Positions 49,401 to 60,707 of a stretch of 64,000 nt of DNA are shown one piece after another. Origin of the DNA: Cyanophora paradoxa CCMP329 (taxonomy: Eukaryota; Plantae; Glaucophyta). The translations under genes and the position numbers were made by a program. The notes under the pieces are model-generated. The model saw only the letters and a program-made list of their open reading frames with translations. It did no database searches and was not told the origin of the DNA. Each line of letters opens with the position of its first letter. Within the stretch, counting starts at the first letter, position 1. The DNA lies in NCBI GenBank assembly GCA_004431415.1, contig QPMI01000129.1:248001-312000 (forward strand). The letters run 5' to 3'.

Positions 49401-52400
49401 CGGCCCCGCCCTGACCGCCCCGCGCGGCAGGTCTCGCTGGTCGTGGGCGCCGCGGTCGCCGCGCACCCGGAGCGCGCCCTGCCCCGCTTCCTCCGCATCG
49501 CCGAGCGCGCCCTCGACCCCGCCTCCCACCCCGCCGACTCGGAGTGGACCGTGCGCCCGCCCTCGCACCGCCCCGGCGCGCCGCGCTGAGCTCGGGCAGT
49601 GGCACGTGGGCCTGCTGGCGCAGGCGGTGCGGCGGGCGGGGGCGGCCCTCCTCAAGCACCTCCCCGCCCTCCGCCGCCTCCTCGACGCCGCCTTCGCCGA
49701 CGCCGGCAAGAAGAAGGCCCGCCCCGCCCCGCCCCCCCCCCCCCGCTCCTCGGCGTCCGAGGGGCGGCCTGCGCAGGTGGTCAAGGCGGGGGGGAAGCTG
49801 CTGCGGCGGGTGCTCTGGGCCCTCACCGCCGTCTACACTACCGACCTCCGCTCCCTCCCGCCCTCCGCCTGGAAGGTCCGCCCCCTCTCCCTTCCTTCTC
49901 CCCCCGCCCCTTCTCCCCTCTCTTTCGTCCTTTCCTCCATCCGTTCGTTTGGGAGGGTACCCGCGCCGAATCACACGCGCGGCCGCTCCTCCGTGCGGCC
50001 CCGGTGCAAAACGCGCGCGGCGAGGGATTCCGTGCTATTGCTTTACGCTGCGCCCTTTATCTGTGGGCCCCGCGTCAGTTTCGGCCGGGACAGGTCGTCT
50101 CCTCTTCTTTTCTCGCTCGTGCAACCCGCGCCGAATCACACGCGCGGCCGCTCCTCCGTGCGGCCCCGGTGCACAACGGCCGCGCAAAGGGAATCCGTGC
50201 TATTGCTTTACGCTGCGCCCGCTTCGTGGGCCCCGCGTCAGTTTCGGCCGGGACACCCCTGCTCGCCCCCTCCCCTTCGACTCCCCTCCCGCTCCCGACA
50301 GAAGGCGGCGCCTTCTCCCGTGGCGCTGCCTTCGCTCGTGGAGCGCACATTCCCGGAGATTGCATGCGCCGGCTTCTCTCAGTGGGCTCAGGCGCCTATT
50401 GCCCTCCGCATATCCTCCCCTCTCCATCTAGAGACGCCCTCCCGCGCCCTGACACGGACGGCGGCGCTTCCCACATAGCGCCTTCGGTATGGTGTGCCGC
50501 GGAGAGGACGCTAGGGGGGTTTGTTGCAGCGGAGAGCCGCCTCTGTGGCTCCGCCCGCACAAGTAGGCCCCCACATCGGACGCGCCCGCGCACCCCTCCT
50601 AGGGCGCCCTGCCTTCCCCCCCCCCCGGCCCCGGCGCCACCGTCCCTCGGTGCTAGATCCCCTCGGGCGCCCCCTCCGCCGGGCGCCGCCCTGGCCCCGT
50701 GCGCAAGATGACGCCCGGACATAAACATTCTTCACTCTCACTCTATTAGCCTGACTTTTCTAATTATGTGCGGGCGTCCTTTCTTCGTCGCCCTCATCTC
50801 TGATAGCCGGCGGGGGCACCCTCCACGGGCGTGGCGCCCCTCTGGCGCCCCGCCTTTCTTTCGCGGTGTCAGATCGCCCGTGTGGTATTTTACGCCGGCC
50901 GCGACCCCCGTGCGGCCGGGGTCAGATGACACTCGAACATTCTTTTCGTCCTTCTCCTCCTCGTCTTTTGCCCGCTTCAATTTCGCCCTCGCCTGCGCGC
51001 CGCGCTCTGAGCCGGGGCGCGCAGGAGGAGGGGGAGCTGTGGAAGGAGTGGGGCCGCCGCTTCCGCATGAAGGACGAGCTGCAGGTCACCTGGCACGTCC
51101 CCTCCCCCGAGGAGGCCGCCGCCGTGCGCCCGCCCCGCCCCGCCCCGCCCCGCCCTCTTCCTCCCCTCACCTCCTGCGAAGGCGCGGGCGCTCGCCGGGG
51201 CGTACCTGGCGGGCCCGCTGGCGACGCTGCGGGACGGGGCGGCGACGGCCCCGCGGGAGGCGCTCTACGCGGCGCTGCAGACGCTCGTCGCCGTCGCCCG
51301 CGGCTCGACCGCCATGCTCGACGACTGGCTCCCCGAGGGCGACGCCGCCGCCCCGGCCTCCCCCGAGGAGGAGGGCGGCGAGGGCGCGCACGCCCGCCCC
51401 AAGCGCCTCCTCCCGCCCCTCCCCGCCGGCCAGCTGCCCCGCGCCGCCCCGAGCTCCTACCCGGGGCTCCCCCCCGAGGGCCCCGCCGCCTTCCTCCCCG
51501 TCCTCTCCGCCCTGGCGCGGGGCGCGCTGGGGCGGGGCGGGGCGCGGGAGACGGACGTGGCGGGGGCCGTACTGGTGACGAAGCTCTGCCACGTGCTGCT
51601 CAACGTGCGGGGCGGCGGGGAGCACGAGCTCTCGCAGCACTACCTCGGCACCCGCCGCCGCGCCTGCTCCTACTTCCGGGGCATCCAGAAGGAGCTCGTC
51701 TTCGAGCCCCGGGCGCAGCCGCGGGCCCTCCTCGTCGAGCAGGCCTACCAGCAGCACCAGCGCCGCCTCGACTACAACGGGATGTGCGTCCCCTACGGGG
51801 CCGCGCAGCGCGCGCTGCTCGCGGACCTCGAGGCCCTCTCCGCGCACCCCTTCGCCAAGGTCCGCAAGAAGGCGCAGGGGAGCCTCCTGGCGGCGGCCCG
51901 GCGCTACCCGCCCGCCCTCAACGCCCTCGTCCCCCGCCTCATCGACGCCCTCCGCGAGCGGGCCCCGCCCCGCCCCGCCCCCGCGGCGGCCGCGGCGGCC
52001 CCGGCCCGGGCGAGGGCGGGCAGCCGCAGCAGCGGCAGCTGGCGGTGCCGGGCGGCGGCGCGCGGTCGGGCTCGCCGGCGGTGGGGGCGGCGACGCCGGA
52101 GGAGCGGGCGGTGGAGGACCGGGTGACGGCGGCCTGCTGCCTGCTCCAGTCCGTCCACCTCGTCCGCCGCATCACGCGCGACTGGCGCCTCGCCGCCCGC
52201 TTCGCCCGCGCCATCCTCGCCACCTCGCACCACGAGAAGCTCTCCCTGCAGTCCCGCCTCGCCAACCTCTTCTTCATCGTCGCCATCGGCACGCGCCCGC
52301 TGCCGCTTGCCGACGAGGCCGACCGGCGCGTCCGCTCCGACCTCTTCCACCACCTCCTCGACCTCCTCGACGCCTCCTGCGCCCCCGCCCCCGCGCCGGC

Positions 52401-54162
52401 CCCGGCCCCCGCTTCCTCCGACGCTGCGGCGCCCTCCTCCTCCTCCTCCTCGGGGGCGGCGGCGCCGCTGCACTGGCGGTACCAGCTGATGGCGCTGACG
52501 TCGGCCTCGCTGCTGCTGCGGCCCGACGACGCCGAGCCGTGCCCGCCGCGCGCCGTCGCCACCTTCTTCCGCCTCGCCGCCTCCGACCTCGCCCCGCTCC
52601 GCCAGGCCCGCCCCGCCCCGCCCTCGGCCCCCCGCCCCCTGCTTCGCCCTGATGCGGGCGCAGGTGGCGCTGCACGCGGTGACGGCGCTGCTGCGGGCGT
52701 ACCGCCCGCCCCCGGCGGGGCCGCTGCCGGCGGGGGCCGAGGAGCCGGGCGAGCCGGACGCCGCCCTCTTCGACGAGGACCCGCCTCGGACCCCGCCCGC
52801 TGGGACGGTCCGCCCCTCCCCGCCCTCCTCCCGCGCTCCCTGCGTTGCCGACGGGCGGGGCGGCAGGGACGGACTTCCTGGAGCACACTTTCGAGGGCTG
52901 GCGCCCGGCTCGCGCGCCGCGGGGGCCCGCATGCGCGCCCGCAAGGCGGCCCGCCTGGGGGCGCGGGGCGGGGCGTCGGAGGGGAACCGGGCGGCGGTGC
53001 TCGCGGCGGTGCGGGGTGCGTGGAGGACGGGGCGCTGCTGGACCGCGTGGTGGGTTCATGGCCCGCGACCACCACTACGGCGACGCCGAGGCGGCGGCGG
53101 CGCCGCCCTCGGCCGCCTCGGCAACGGCGGCGGCATCGGTCCGCCCCGCCCCTCCCGCGCCCGTCCTGCGTGTGCGCCGAGCTGAGGGGGCGGCAGCGGA
53201 CGTGCTGGGGGACGTGCTGGCGTCGGCGGCGGGGGGGCGGGGCCACCGGGCGGCCTCCTCGCAGGAGGCCTTCGTGGCGCTCCACGCGGGGCTCGCGCAG
53301 GGCATCGCCCGCACCGCCGGGCCCGACGCCGCCCTCGGGCACCTCTGGCCCCTCCTCGAGAAGCTCGCCAGGACGACCTCCGAGCGGGACAACCAGTGCA
53401 CCTCCGCCGAGCTCGTGCGCCCCCGCCCCGCGCCCTCACCCCCTCCCTTCGTTCTTCCTTCCGCCGAGCCGGCCGCCAGTTCGCGGGGATCGTGCGGGGG
53501 AGCCGGCGGTGGCCCCTGGAGCGGCAGCGCGAGCTCTGGGGCCGGGCGCGGCCCCTGCTGCGCGCCTGCCTGGACGCGGCCGGCGGGGCGGAGAGCGTGG
53601 CCGACTGGGCCGGCGCCATCCGCTTCCTCGTCCACAACCGCGACCCGCGCCGCTTCCGGGTCCGCCCGCCCGCCCGCCCCGCCCCGCCCCGTCCTCACGC
53701 TCCCCCCTCCCCGCCCAGTGGCTCGCCGAGGAGCTCGTGTCCGCCGTGGAGGGCTCCCCCTCGACGTCGACGGCGGCGGAGGGCGCGGGGGCCGGGGCGG
53801 AGGCCGGGGCGGGGACGGCGGCGGCGCAGGCGAACCGCCTCAAGTTCCTGCAGCCGCTGCTCGACGAGTTCGACTGGAAGGCCCGCGGCCTCGCCGCCCG
53901 CCTCGTCGCCGCCCTCGTCCCCGGCCGCCTCCGCCACCCCTTCAAGCAGGTCCCCCCTCTCCTCTTCCCCTCCTCCTCCCCTCTTTCCCTCTCTCTCCTT
54001 TGGTCGGCTTCGTGCTTCCCTCGCGTCCCACTCGACGCCGGCGCTTCCTCGTAGCGCCGGCGTTATAGAGGGCGCGGAGAGGGACCTCGGGGGACCACCT
54101 TTGCGCCGCCCCGCTCCCCCCTCGGGCGCGGCGCACAAATGCACCCCCACAGCCCTCCCATC

Positions 54163-54204
<42 letters not shown>

Positions 54205-55601
54205 CCTCGGATGGACGCCCCGGGGCGCCTCGCTCACTGCCGCCGTGCAGGTGCGGGAGGAGATCGGGCGGTCGGTGATGTTCATCTCGTGGGGGGCCTG
54301 GGACCCCGTCGCCCCGGGGCGGCCCCCCGTCACCCGCCCCTACATCGCCGCCCTCTTCGACGCCCTCGCCCAGTGCGCCCCGCGCCCCGCTCCGCTTCGC
54401 CGCCCCCCGCTCACCCTTCTGCGAAGGGGCCTGGCGCGGTGCGAGGCGGAGGAGGCGCAGCCGGGGGCGACGGACGAGTCGCCGGAGGGGCGGGAGCGGA
54501 CGGCGCTGCGGGAGACGGCGCTCTTCGCCCTCATGCACTCCTTCCAGGCCGCCTGCGGGCGCTGCCTGCTGCCCTACCTGCTGCCCCCCGGCCCCGCCCC
54601 GCCCGCCCCGGAGGCCGCCCCCAGCGCGCGCTCCCTGTTCCTGCACGTGCTGCGGACGTGCCGGAAGCAGGGGCGGCCGGACCTGGTCGCGCAGGCCGAG
54701 TTCTTCGGGGGCCTCGTCGCGCACTCCAACTTCGCGGGGGGCGAGGCCGGCGTCGATGCCCTCCTCGCCTCCCTCCGCGCCCTCCTCGCCGACGAGGCCT
54801 GGCACGCCCGCGCCGTGCCCCTCCCCATCCTCCAGGCACGCCCCTTCCCCGCCCCGCAGCCTCCCCCTCCCCTCCCTCTCACACTGCACCCCCGGCGCAG
54901 ATGCTGCTGTTCACGCACCTGTTCCTGCTGCCGGCGGAGCAGCAGGCGGCGGCCCTCGACATCGTCCTCGCCCTCCTCCAGGACCCCCAGCTCGAGGCCC
55001 GCCCGCCCGCCCGCCCGCCCGCCCGCCCCTGCCCTCACTTGCGCCGGCGCCTCACCGCCGGCTTCAGGTCCGCGAGGCGGCCGGCCTGGCGATGGCGAGC
55101 CTGGCCCGCATGCGCGCCACCGCCCCCGAGCTCCAGGTCCGCCCCCCGCCCCCGCACCCCACGCGCCCGCGGGGGCGCGCTGAGCGCGGGGCAGCGGGAG
55201 GCGCTGGTGCGGCGGTTCGGGAAGCTGGCGGAGGGGGCGGGGGCGGGACCGGAGGCGGAGCGGAGGCGGCACGCGGGGTGCCTGGGCCTCGTCGCCGTCC
55301 TCCACTCGTCCCCCTACGACGTGCCGCCCTGGATGCCGCCCCTCGTCGCCCGCATCGCCCGCATCGGCACCCAGGACCCCAGCGTCCGCCCCTCCCCTCG
55401 GCGGCCTTCGACCGCTTTCGCGCAAGTGCCTGACGTGCGCCCCGGGCGCGGCAGGCGGTGGTGCGGGCGTCGGCGCGCAAGGGGCTGCAGGACTTCAAGA
55501 AGAGCCACGTGGACGACTGGGCCAACGACAAGCTTAAGTTCGACGAGGAGCAGCTCGAGGCGCTCCACTCGGTCGTCCTCCAGCACAACTACTTCTGTTA
55601 G
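46458..55601 (+). CDS. PSME4: Proteasome activator PA200/Blm10
   Basis: PYFHPSNSG, LPGIDANDPSKT, TWHVPS, HWRYQ, LRHPFKQVRE, RRHAGCLGL...SSPYDVPPWMP, C-terminus NYFC*. About 27 introns and a few probable homopolymer frameshifts. Confidence 0.95.
49959..50095 (+). ncRNA. Candidate H/ACA-like snoRNA A (PSME4 intron)
   Basis: Two hairpins with internal pockets. ACA at 50090-50092. Paralog of B. Confidence 0.7.
50124..50258 (+). ncRNA. Candidate H/ACA-like snoRNA B (tandem paralog of A)
   Basis: ~130-nt near-copy of A, differing mainly in the apical loop and hinge region. ACA at 50253-50255. Confidence 0.7.
50290..50415 (+). ncRNA. Candidate H/ACA-like snoRNA C
   Basis: cgctcc/ggagcg basal stem and 12-bp upper stem. 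ACA at hinge 50347-50349. Second hairpin cggag/ctccg followed by AUA at 50410-50412. Confidence 0.6.
50442..50578 (+). ncRNA. Candidate H/ACA snoRNA D
   Basis: Hairpin, canonical H box AGAGGA at 50503-50508, second hairpin ggggg/ccccc, ACA at 50573-50575. Confidence 0.75.
50590..50724 (+). ncRNA. Candidate H/ACA-like snoRNA E
   Basis: gcacc/ggtgc hairpin, AGA at 50655-50657, cgggcg/cgcccg hairpin, ACA at 50719-50721. Confidence 0.62.
50816..50942 (+). ncRNA. Candidate H/ACA-like snoRNA F
   Basis: gcacc/ggtgt hairpin, AGA at 50871-50873, hairpin with ccggccgc/gcggccgg upper stem, ACA at 50937-50939. Confidence 0.62.
54021..54154 (+). ncRNA. Candidate H/ACA-like snoRNA G (second long PSME4 intron, 53950-54250)
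   Basis: gacgccggcgct/agcgccggcgtt stem, AGA at 54078-54080, ggggg/ccccc hairpin with pocket, ACA at 54149-54151. Confidence 0.7.
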
Positions 55602-56842
55602 AGCAGCTCGTGGGACTCTCTTCTCATGGGACTCGAGCGCTGACTTCTTAATTTCCCCGCCCGATTTCCGACCCGTCGCCCCACCCAAGTTGACTTCACC
55701 CCCATCCCTCCGCGCCCTCCCGCCACCTCCGTCGGACGGAATTTGTAAAATATAGCGACACCGGCAGAAGTCAACGGGATGCGTGCTTTGAGGCGTGCAT
55801 TCACGGGCAAGAGGGCCCGGGAGAACGGGGGGTTCGGGTGCTAGAAGGTCGAGAAGGAATAAAAGGAAAGATAAGCGGAGGTGAAGTCTAGGCTCATTAC
55901 CAAGCTAGCCGATCTAGATCTACACATCTGGATGGCATGCGCGAAGGAGCCGCAGACAATTGCGCGGCAGCAAATGGCTGCGCCAGACCGTCCGAGGGCG
56001 GCGAGCGCCCTGGAGACTGCACGACGAACGGGGACTTTAAATGAAAGGGTTCAAATGGGATGCATGTGCCTATGGAACGCGTCGCAAGTGAGGGAGGCCG
56101 CTAGGAGTTCCAGCTAGGTCCCGAGTGCGGCAGATCAGAAGGATCGGCGATCGCGCGCTTCCGGGCGGTAACCGGGTACTTGGAGTGATCTTCAATCCAC
56201 ACGTTCTACGCGTACACCGGGTTGGAAGGACTGTAGACCCACTGCCGCCTCACGATCGCCGGCCTACACATGGGTGCGAGCTGACGATCGACAAGATGGA
56301 GAGCCGCGCCTTCGCGAGGGATGCGGCGGTAAGACCCGAAGATTGCCGCCGGTCCCCAGCGTCGGACGAGGCCAGGCTTGGTGCCGCAAGCGACACCAGT
56401 CCCGGGGGCCCCAGGAAGGGCCGCCCTTTACTTGGAGCGCTGACGCATCTTCCTGCGCTTGCGCTTGAGGCGCCGCATACGCTTCTTACGCCACTGCGCA
56501 GAGATCGCGCGTCAGAATCGGACGGACATGGGGATCGCGACTCCCGAGCGCTATCGGGCGGCTCTGGACACGCCAAAGCGACGCCTAAGGGGCGAGGGGC
56601 CCACGCCGGGCGCGGGGGCGCCCGCGGAGGAGGCTGCGGACCTTGGCACGCATTCTTTCAGTCCTCCTGGGTCTGGCCGGCGGGGGTACCGGTTCCGAGC
56701 CCGATCGCCTGTACCCCCGACCACTGCTTGGGCACTGACACACAGGGCACGGCATACCCCGTCTCCCCGCCGAGTCCCTCTGACAGTTACTCGGGGCGGC
56801 GAGCGTACGCGGGCCGGCGCGCATCGGGGAGCGCTGACGGCG

Positions 56843-58417
56843 ATGGGGCTGCGCCCGGGCGGCCCGCGGCTGTGGGCGCTGCTGGCAGTGCTCGCGGCGC
56901 TGCAGGCGGCCGCGCGTGGGGCGCCGGGCACCCCAGGGGGGCATCTGGAGCCGCTCGAGGACCTCTCCGCGCTAGAGGCGGTTGCGATCGGCGAGGAGCG
57001 CAGGTTCAGGGCGCGCGCGCCCGGCGGCGAGCCGCTCGCGCTCCGGGTCCAGGTGCGTTCCAGCGGCCCGTCGTGGTATACGTACGGGCCACTGAGCTAA
57101 ATGCGAGCAGCGGTTCCTCGAGCTACCGGCCGCAGGCCACGACTGCCCGGCGGCAGCCGGCTACGTATACGAATTCGAAGCGAGCTCGAGCGCGAGCGTG
57201 GGGAGGACGGAGCTGAAGCTCTCCTGGCTGCCGCGGGCGCTGAACGTGAGCTACTTTCTGGCGGACGGCGCCAACGCGCAGTTCGTGGCGCTCGAGCACG
57301 AGCGCGACGTGTACGGCCTCCGCGACCTCTCCGTCGTCCTTGGGTGCGCGGCGGCCCCCCCGGCCCGGGCTCCGGGCCGGCGGCGAGGGCGCGGGCGGGG
57401 CAGGGACGTGATCGTGGACGTGGGGGCGAACATCGGGATCTTCGCGATGGCGGCGGGGCTCCTCTACCCGCACGCCACCGTCGTCGCCCTCGAGCCCGTG
57501 CGCCGCGCATGCGCCGCCGGCCCCGCCGCATCCCCCTCCCCGCCTCGAGCCCCGGCGGCGCAGGTGGCGGAGACGTTCGGGCTGCTGTGCCGGAACGTGC
57601 GGGAGAGCGGGCTGGGGAACGTGCGCGTGCTGAACGTCGGCCTCACGGCGGACCGGCGCGACGTCGAGCTCTCCTTCGTCGAGTCCCGCACCATCCACGC
57701 CTCCCACGCCTGGGTGCCCCTTTCCGCGCGATCCGAACTCGAGCTCTGAGCTCTCATTCCTCGCAGCGGCAGTTCTTCCTGGAGGCGGGGAGCGGGCGGG
57801 AGGTGCACCGGGCGCGCATGGTCCGCGCCAAGACCTGCACCCTCACCGACGGCCCGCCCCGCCCCGCCCCGCCCGTAGCCTGCCCGGCTCGCAGCGCCTG
57901 AGGCGCGCCGCGGGCCCGCGGGCGGCGGGCGCAGTGCTCCTGAGCTACCTCCCCGCCGAGGCGAGCGTAGCGCTCATCAAGGTACCCCCCGGCGCCCCCG
58001 CCCCCGGGGGCAGCGGGGCGGCGAGGGGTGGACCTTGGGGCAGATGGACTGCGAGGGGTGCGAGCACGAGGCGCTGGACGAGCCCGGGGCCGCCTCGCTC
58101 CTCCACCGCGTCCGCTCCCTCCGCGGCGAGCTCCACCGTCCGCCCCGCCCCACCCCGCCCCGCCCGGCGTGCCCCGCCTGCCTGAGGCTAGGGCGGGGCA
58201 GTGCCGCGGGAGCTCGCGGAGGGGGCCGGGGGCCCCGCCCTCCGCGACCGGGCCTCCCGCCCCTCCCACCTCCTCCGCTGCCTCGAGCGCGTGCGCCAGA
58301 CAAGGGCAGGCGAGAGACGGGCCGGCCCCCGCCCCGCCTGACGGACGCGCGCCGCAGGAGCTGTCGGAGGACCCGGGCCCTTCCGGCCTCAGGCTCTTCC
58401 GCTGCGACGAGCCTTGA
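56843..58417 (+). CDS. FkbM-family SAM-dependent methyltransferase with N-terminal signal/anchor
   Basis: VIVDVGANIGIF, VVALEP|V, IK|MDCEGCE, GELH. Hydrophobic N-terminus. Confidence 0.88.
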
Positions 58418-58702
58418 GGCCCCGCCCCCGCCCTTAAGCTTCCGTGGCCCCTAGCAATTGCTTATCTAGAAACAGCATGTATAGAAGCCGGCGCCCTCGT
58501 CACGGCCCCGGCGTATGCGTATTAACAACAGTACAAAACAACCTTAAAGCGGCCGGCGCCGCCGTGAGGCGCCCCTCCCCGCGCATTCTCCCCCCGCACC
58601 GCCCCCGCCCGTCCCGCTCCCGCCCTCCAGAGGAACGCGCGGCCGTGCAACGCGTCGCCCTGCCTTTGCACACAGAGAACTACGCTGCGGGGGGCCGGGC
58701 CC

Positions 58703-60218
58703 TCAGTCCTCGTACTGCGCAAAGTTGCCCCGCATCTGCGCGATGCTGCCGCCGACCCGGTGCGTCAGGCGGGAGGAGGTGGGGCGGGGCGCGGGGCGCG
58801 GGGCGGGGGCGGGGGCGGACCAGGGCATGCAGGCGTTGGAGAGGGACTGCCAGGAGAGGCCGAGGAGGAGGAGGGAGAGGTAGTTGCCGAGGCCCGGCTC
58901 GCGGATGTAGGCGTGCCTGAAGAACTCGGGGAAGGACATGCGGAAGGCGGGGTTCCGCTTCAGCAGCCGCCGCAGCAGGTCCATGCACTCGTCGCTCTGG
59001 CTCCGCAGCAGGCCCCACCGGATGTCCCCCCGCTGCCCCGCCCCCGCCCTCAACCTCGCTGCCTGGGGGGAGGCCGGAGGGGGGCACCTGGACGTTGCGG
59101 ACGAGGTCGGTGAGGTTGCGGCCGGTGACGGGCGACTGCCCCGTGAGCATCTCGAAGAAGATCACCCTGCGCCAGCGAGCGAGCCCCGGTGAGAAGAAGC
59201 CGCGGCGCGGCGGGGGCGGGTGCGGGTGCGGGTGCGGGTGCGCGCCCGGTGGACCAGAGGTCGGCCTTGGCGGTGTACGTCTCCTCCCCCATGAGGATCT
59301 CGGGGGCGGTGTAGAGGGGCGTCCCGCAGAGCGTGTACGCGGCGAGCGTCTCGTCGCTCACGAAGCGCGCCAGGCCGAAGTCCGCCAGCTTCAGCACCGC
59401 CCCGTCGCTCTTCTCCGTCAGCAGCAGGTTCTGCGGCTTCAGGTCCTGCCCCCGCCCACCCTCAGGCCCCCGCCGGGGCGGGGCAGAGGGCGCTCTGGAG
59501 GGCGGGCCCTGTGCATCATCTTGAGGTTGTATATGTGCTGGAGGGCGCTGGCGAGCTGCTTGAGGAAGTGCTGGGCGGCCGGCTCGGGGAGGGGCCCGCG
59601 GCGCTTGAGGTAGGCGGCGAGGTCGCCCCCCGCGCAGTACTCGAGCACCAGGAAGATCGACGACTTCGAGGTCAGGATCTCGTACAGCTCCACGATGTTC
59701 GGGTGCCTGCGCGCCGGCCCCGGCCCCGCCCCCTCGCACCCTCGCCCCCCGCCACTCCGCCCCGCGCCCGCGGCGCGGCCCCGCCCGGCCGGCGCACCGC
59801 ATGCGCTTCAGGATCTCTATCTCCAGGTCCAGCAGCTTCTGGTTCACCTGGGGGCGCGCCCGGGGCTCGGCGCCGCGCCGCGGGGCCGGGGCGCGGACGG
59901 CGGCGGCGGCGCACCTTCGACTTGTCGATGATCTTCACGGCGACCTGGATACGCGAGCGGACGTGCTGCGCCATCCACACTGTCGAGAACGCGCCGTCGC
60001 CGATCTTCGACTGGATTATGTACTCTCCTGCGCGTTGCGGCGGGCGCCGTTAGCGCCCGCCGGGCATCGGGCTCCCCGCAGAGCTGACCGATTTGCCTGC
60101 CAGCTGCGCACGGGACGGGTGAGGCGTCAGCGCGAGGCCGGATGTTCGGTTAGCCAGAGCGGGAGTTGCGACTAGGAGGCCGCTAGGCGCGAGCCTCGCA
60201 GGCGGCACGGAGCGACAT
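58703..60218 (-). CDS. ATG1/ULK-like Ser/Thr kinase, kinase domain only
   Basis: [30 protein letters not shown]|[33 protein letters not shown]. Stop about 35 aa after the domain. Start inferred. Confidence 0.82.
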
Positions 60219-60707
60219 TCGCTCCGTCGACCACAGCGATCGAGTACGCGACGGATACTGGACCGAGGCACGGGGGTCGCCTGGCCTTTTCGGCTCCCGC
60301 GCACGAGAAGCGATGCTAACGGACGACGCGCCACGGCTTTGCCGCTGGTGGAAACTAACAGCGATCATCGTACGCAGCCAAACGCACCGAAGCGTGTCGC
60401 CGAGAGGTCCTCCTTCGTCATCTGTTGTCTAGGGTTCTTTAGCTGCATCATTTTGAACGCCTGCGATCTACCGTACGAATCCGCTACTGTTCTATGGGCG
60501 GCGCTGCAGGGGCTCGCTCGTTCCTTCCGAAACCGCGCTGGCGCTCGACGGTGTCGAACCCTCGCTCGATCGCAAGGGGGGAGGGAGCGGCGAAGGGGGG
60601 GGCGGAGGCTTTCGTTGCAGCGAAAACGAAGTGCACGTGGTGCTTGCATCGAATCGTGGGCTCGAGCTCTCTCGGCTGCGCAGCGCATGCGCAGCAGCAG
60701 CACAGCC

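Noticed and set aside
49959-50258. ~130-bp duplication read as LTRs or an introner element
   Set aside because: No TG...CA ends, TSD or internal coding region. The fold and ACA ends fit guide RNAs better.
51950-53070. Frame shifts inside PSME4 (near 51970, 52900-52930, 53015, 53055) suggesting recoding or non-canonical introns
   Set aside because: Most fall in or next to G/C runs (e.g. gtggtgggttc for VVGF), so long-read indel errors are the simplest explanation.
54163-54201. Long poly-C run (others near 16118, 16485, 18610)
   Set aside because: Intronic low-complexity tracts of unreliable length, with no further structure.
55581-55601. PA200 C-terminus NYFC instead of YYA
   Set aside because: An aromatic-aromatic-X ending seems within plausible family variation; too weak to call novel.
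55860-56800. Intermediate-GC region with fragmentary ORFs between PSME4 and the methyltransferase
   Set aside because: No recognisable domain, consistent splice pattern or termini, so a gene or TE call cannot be supported.
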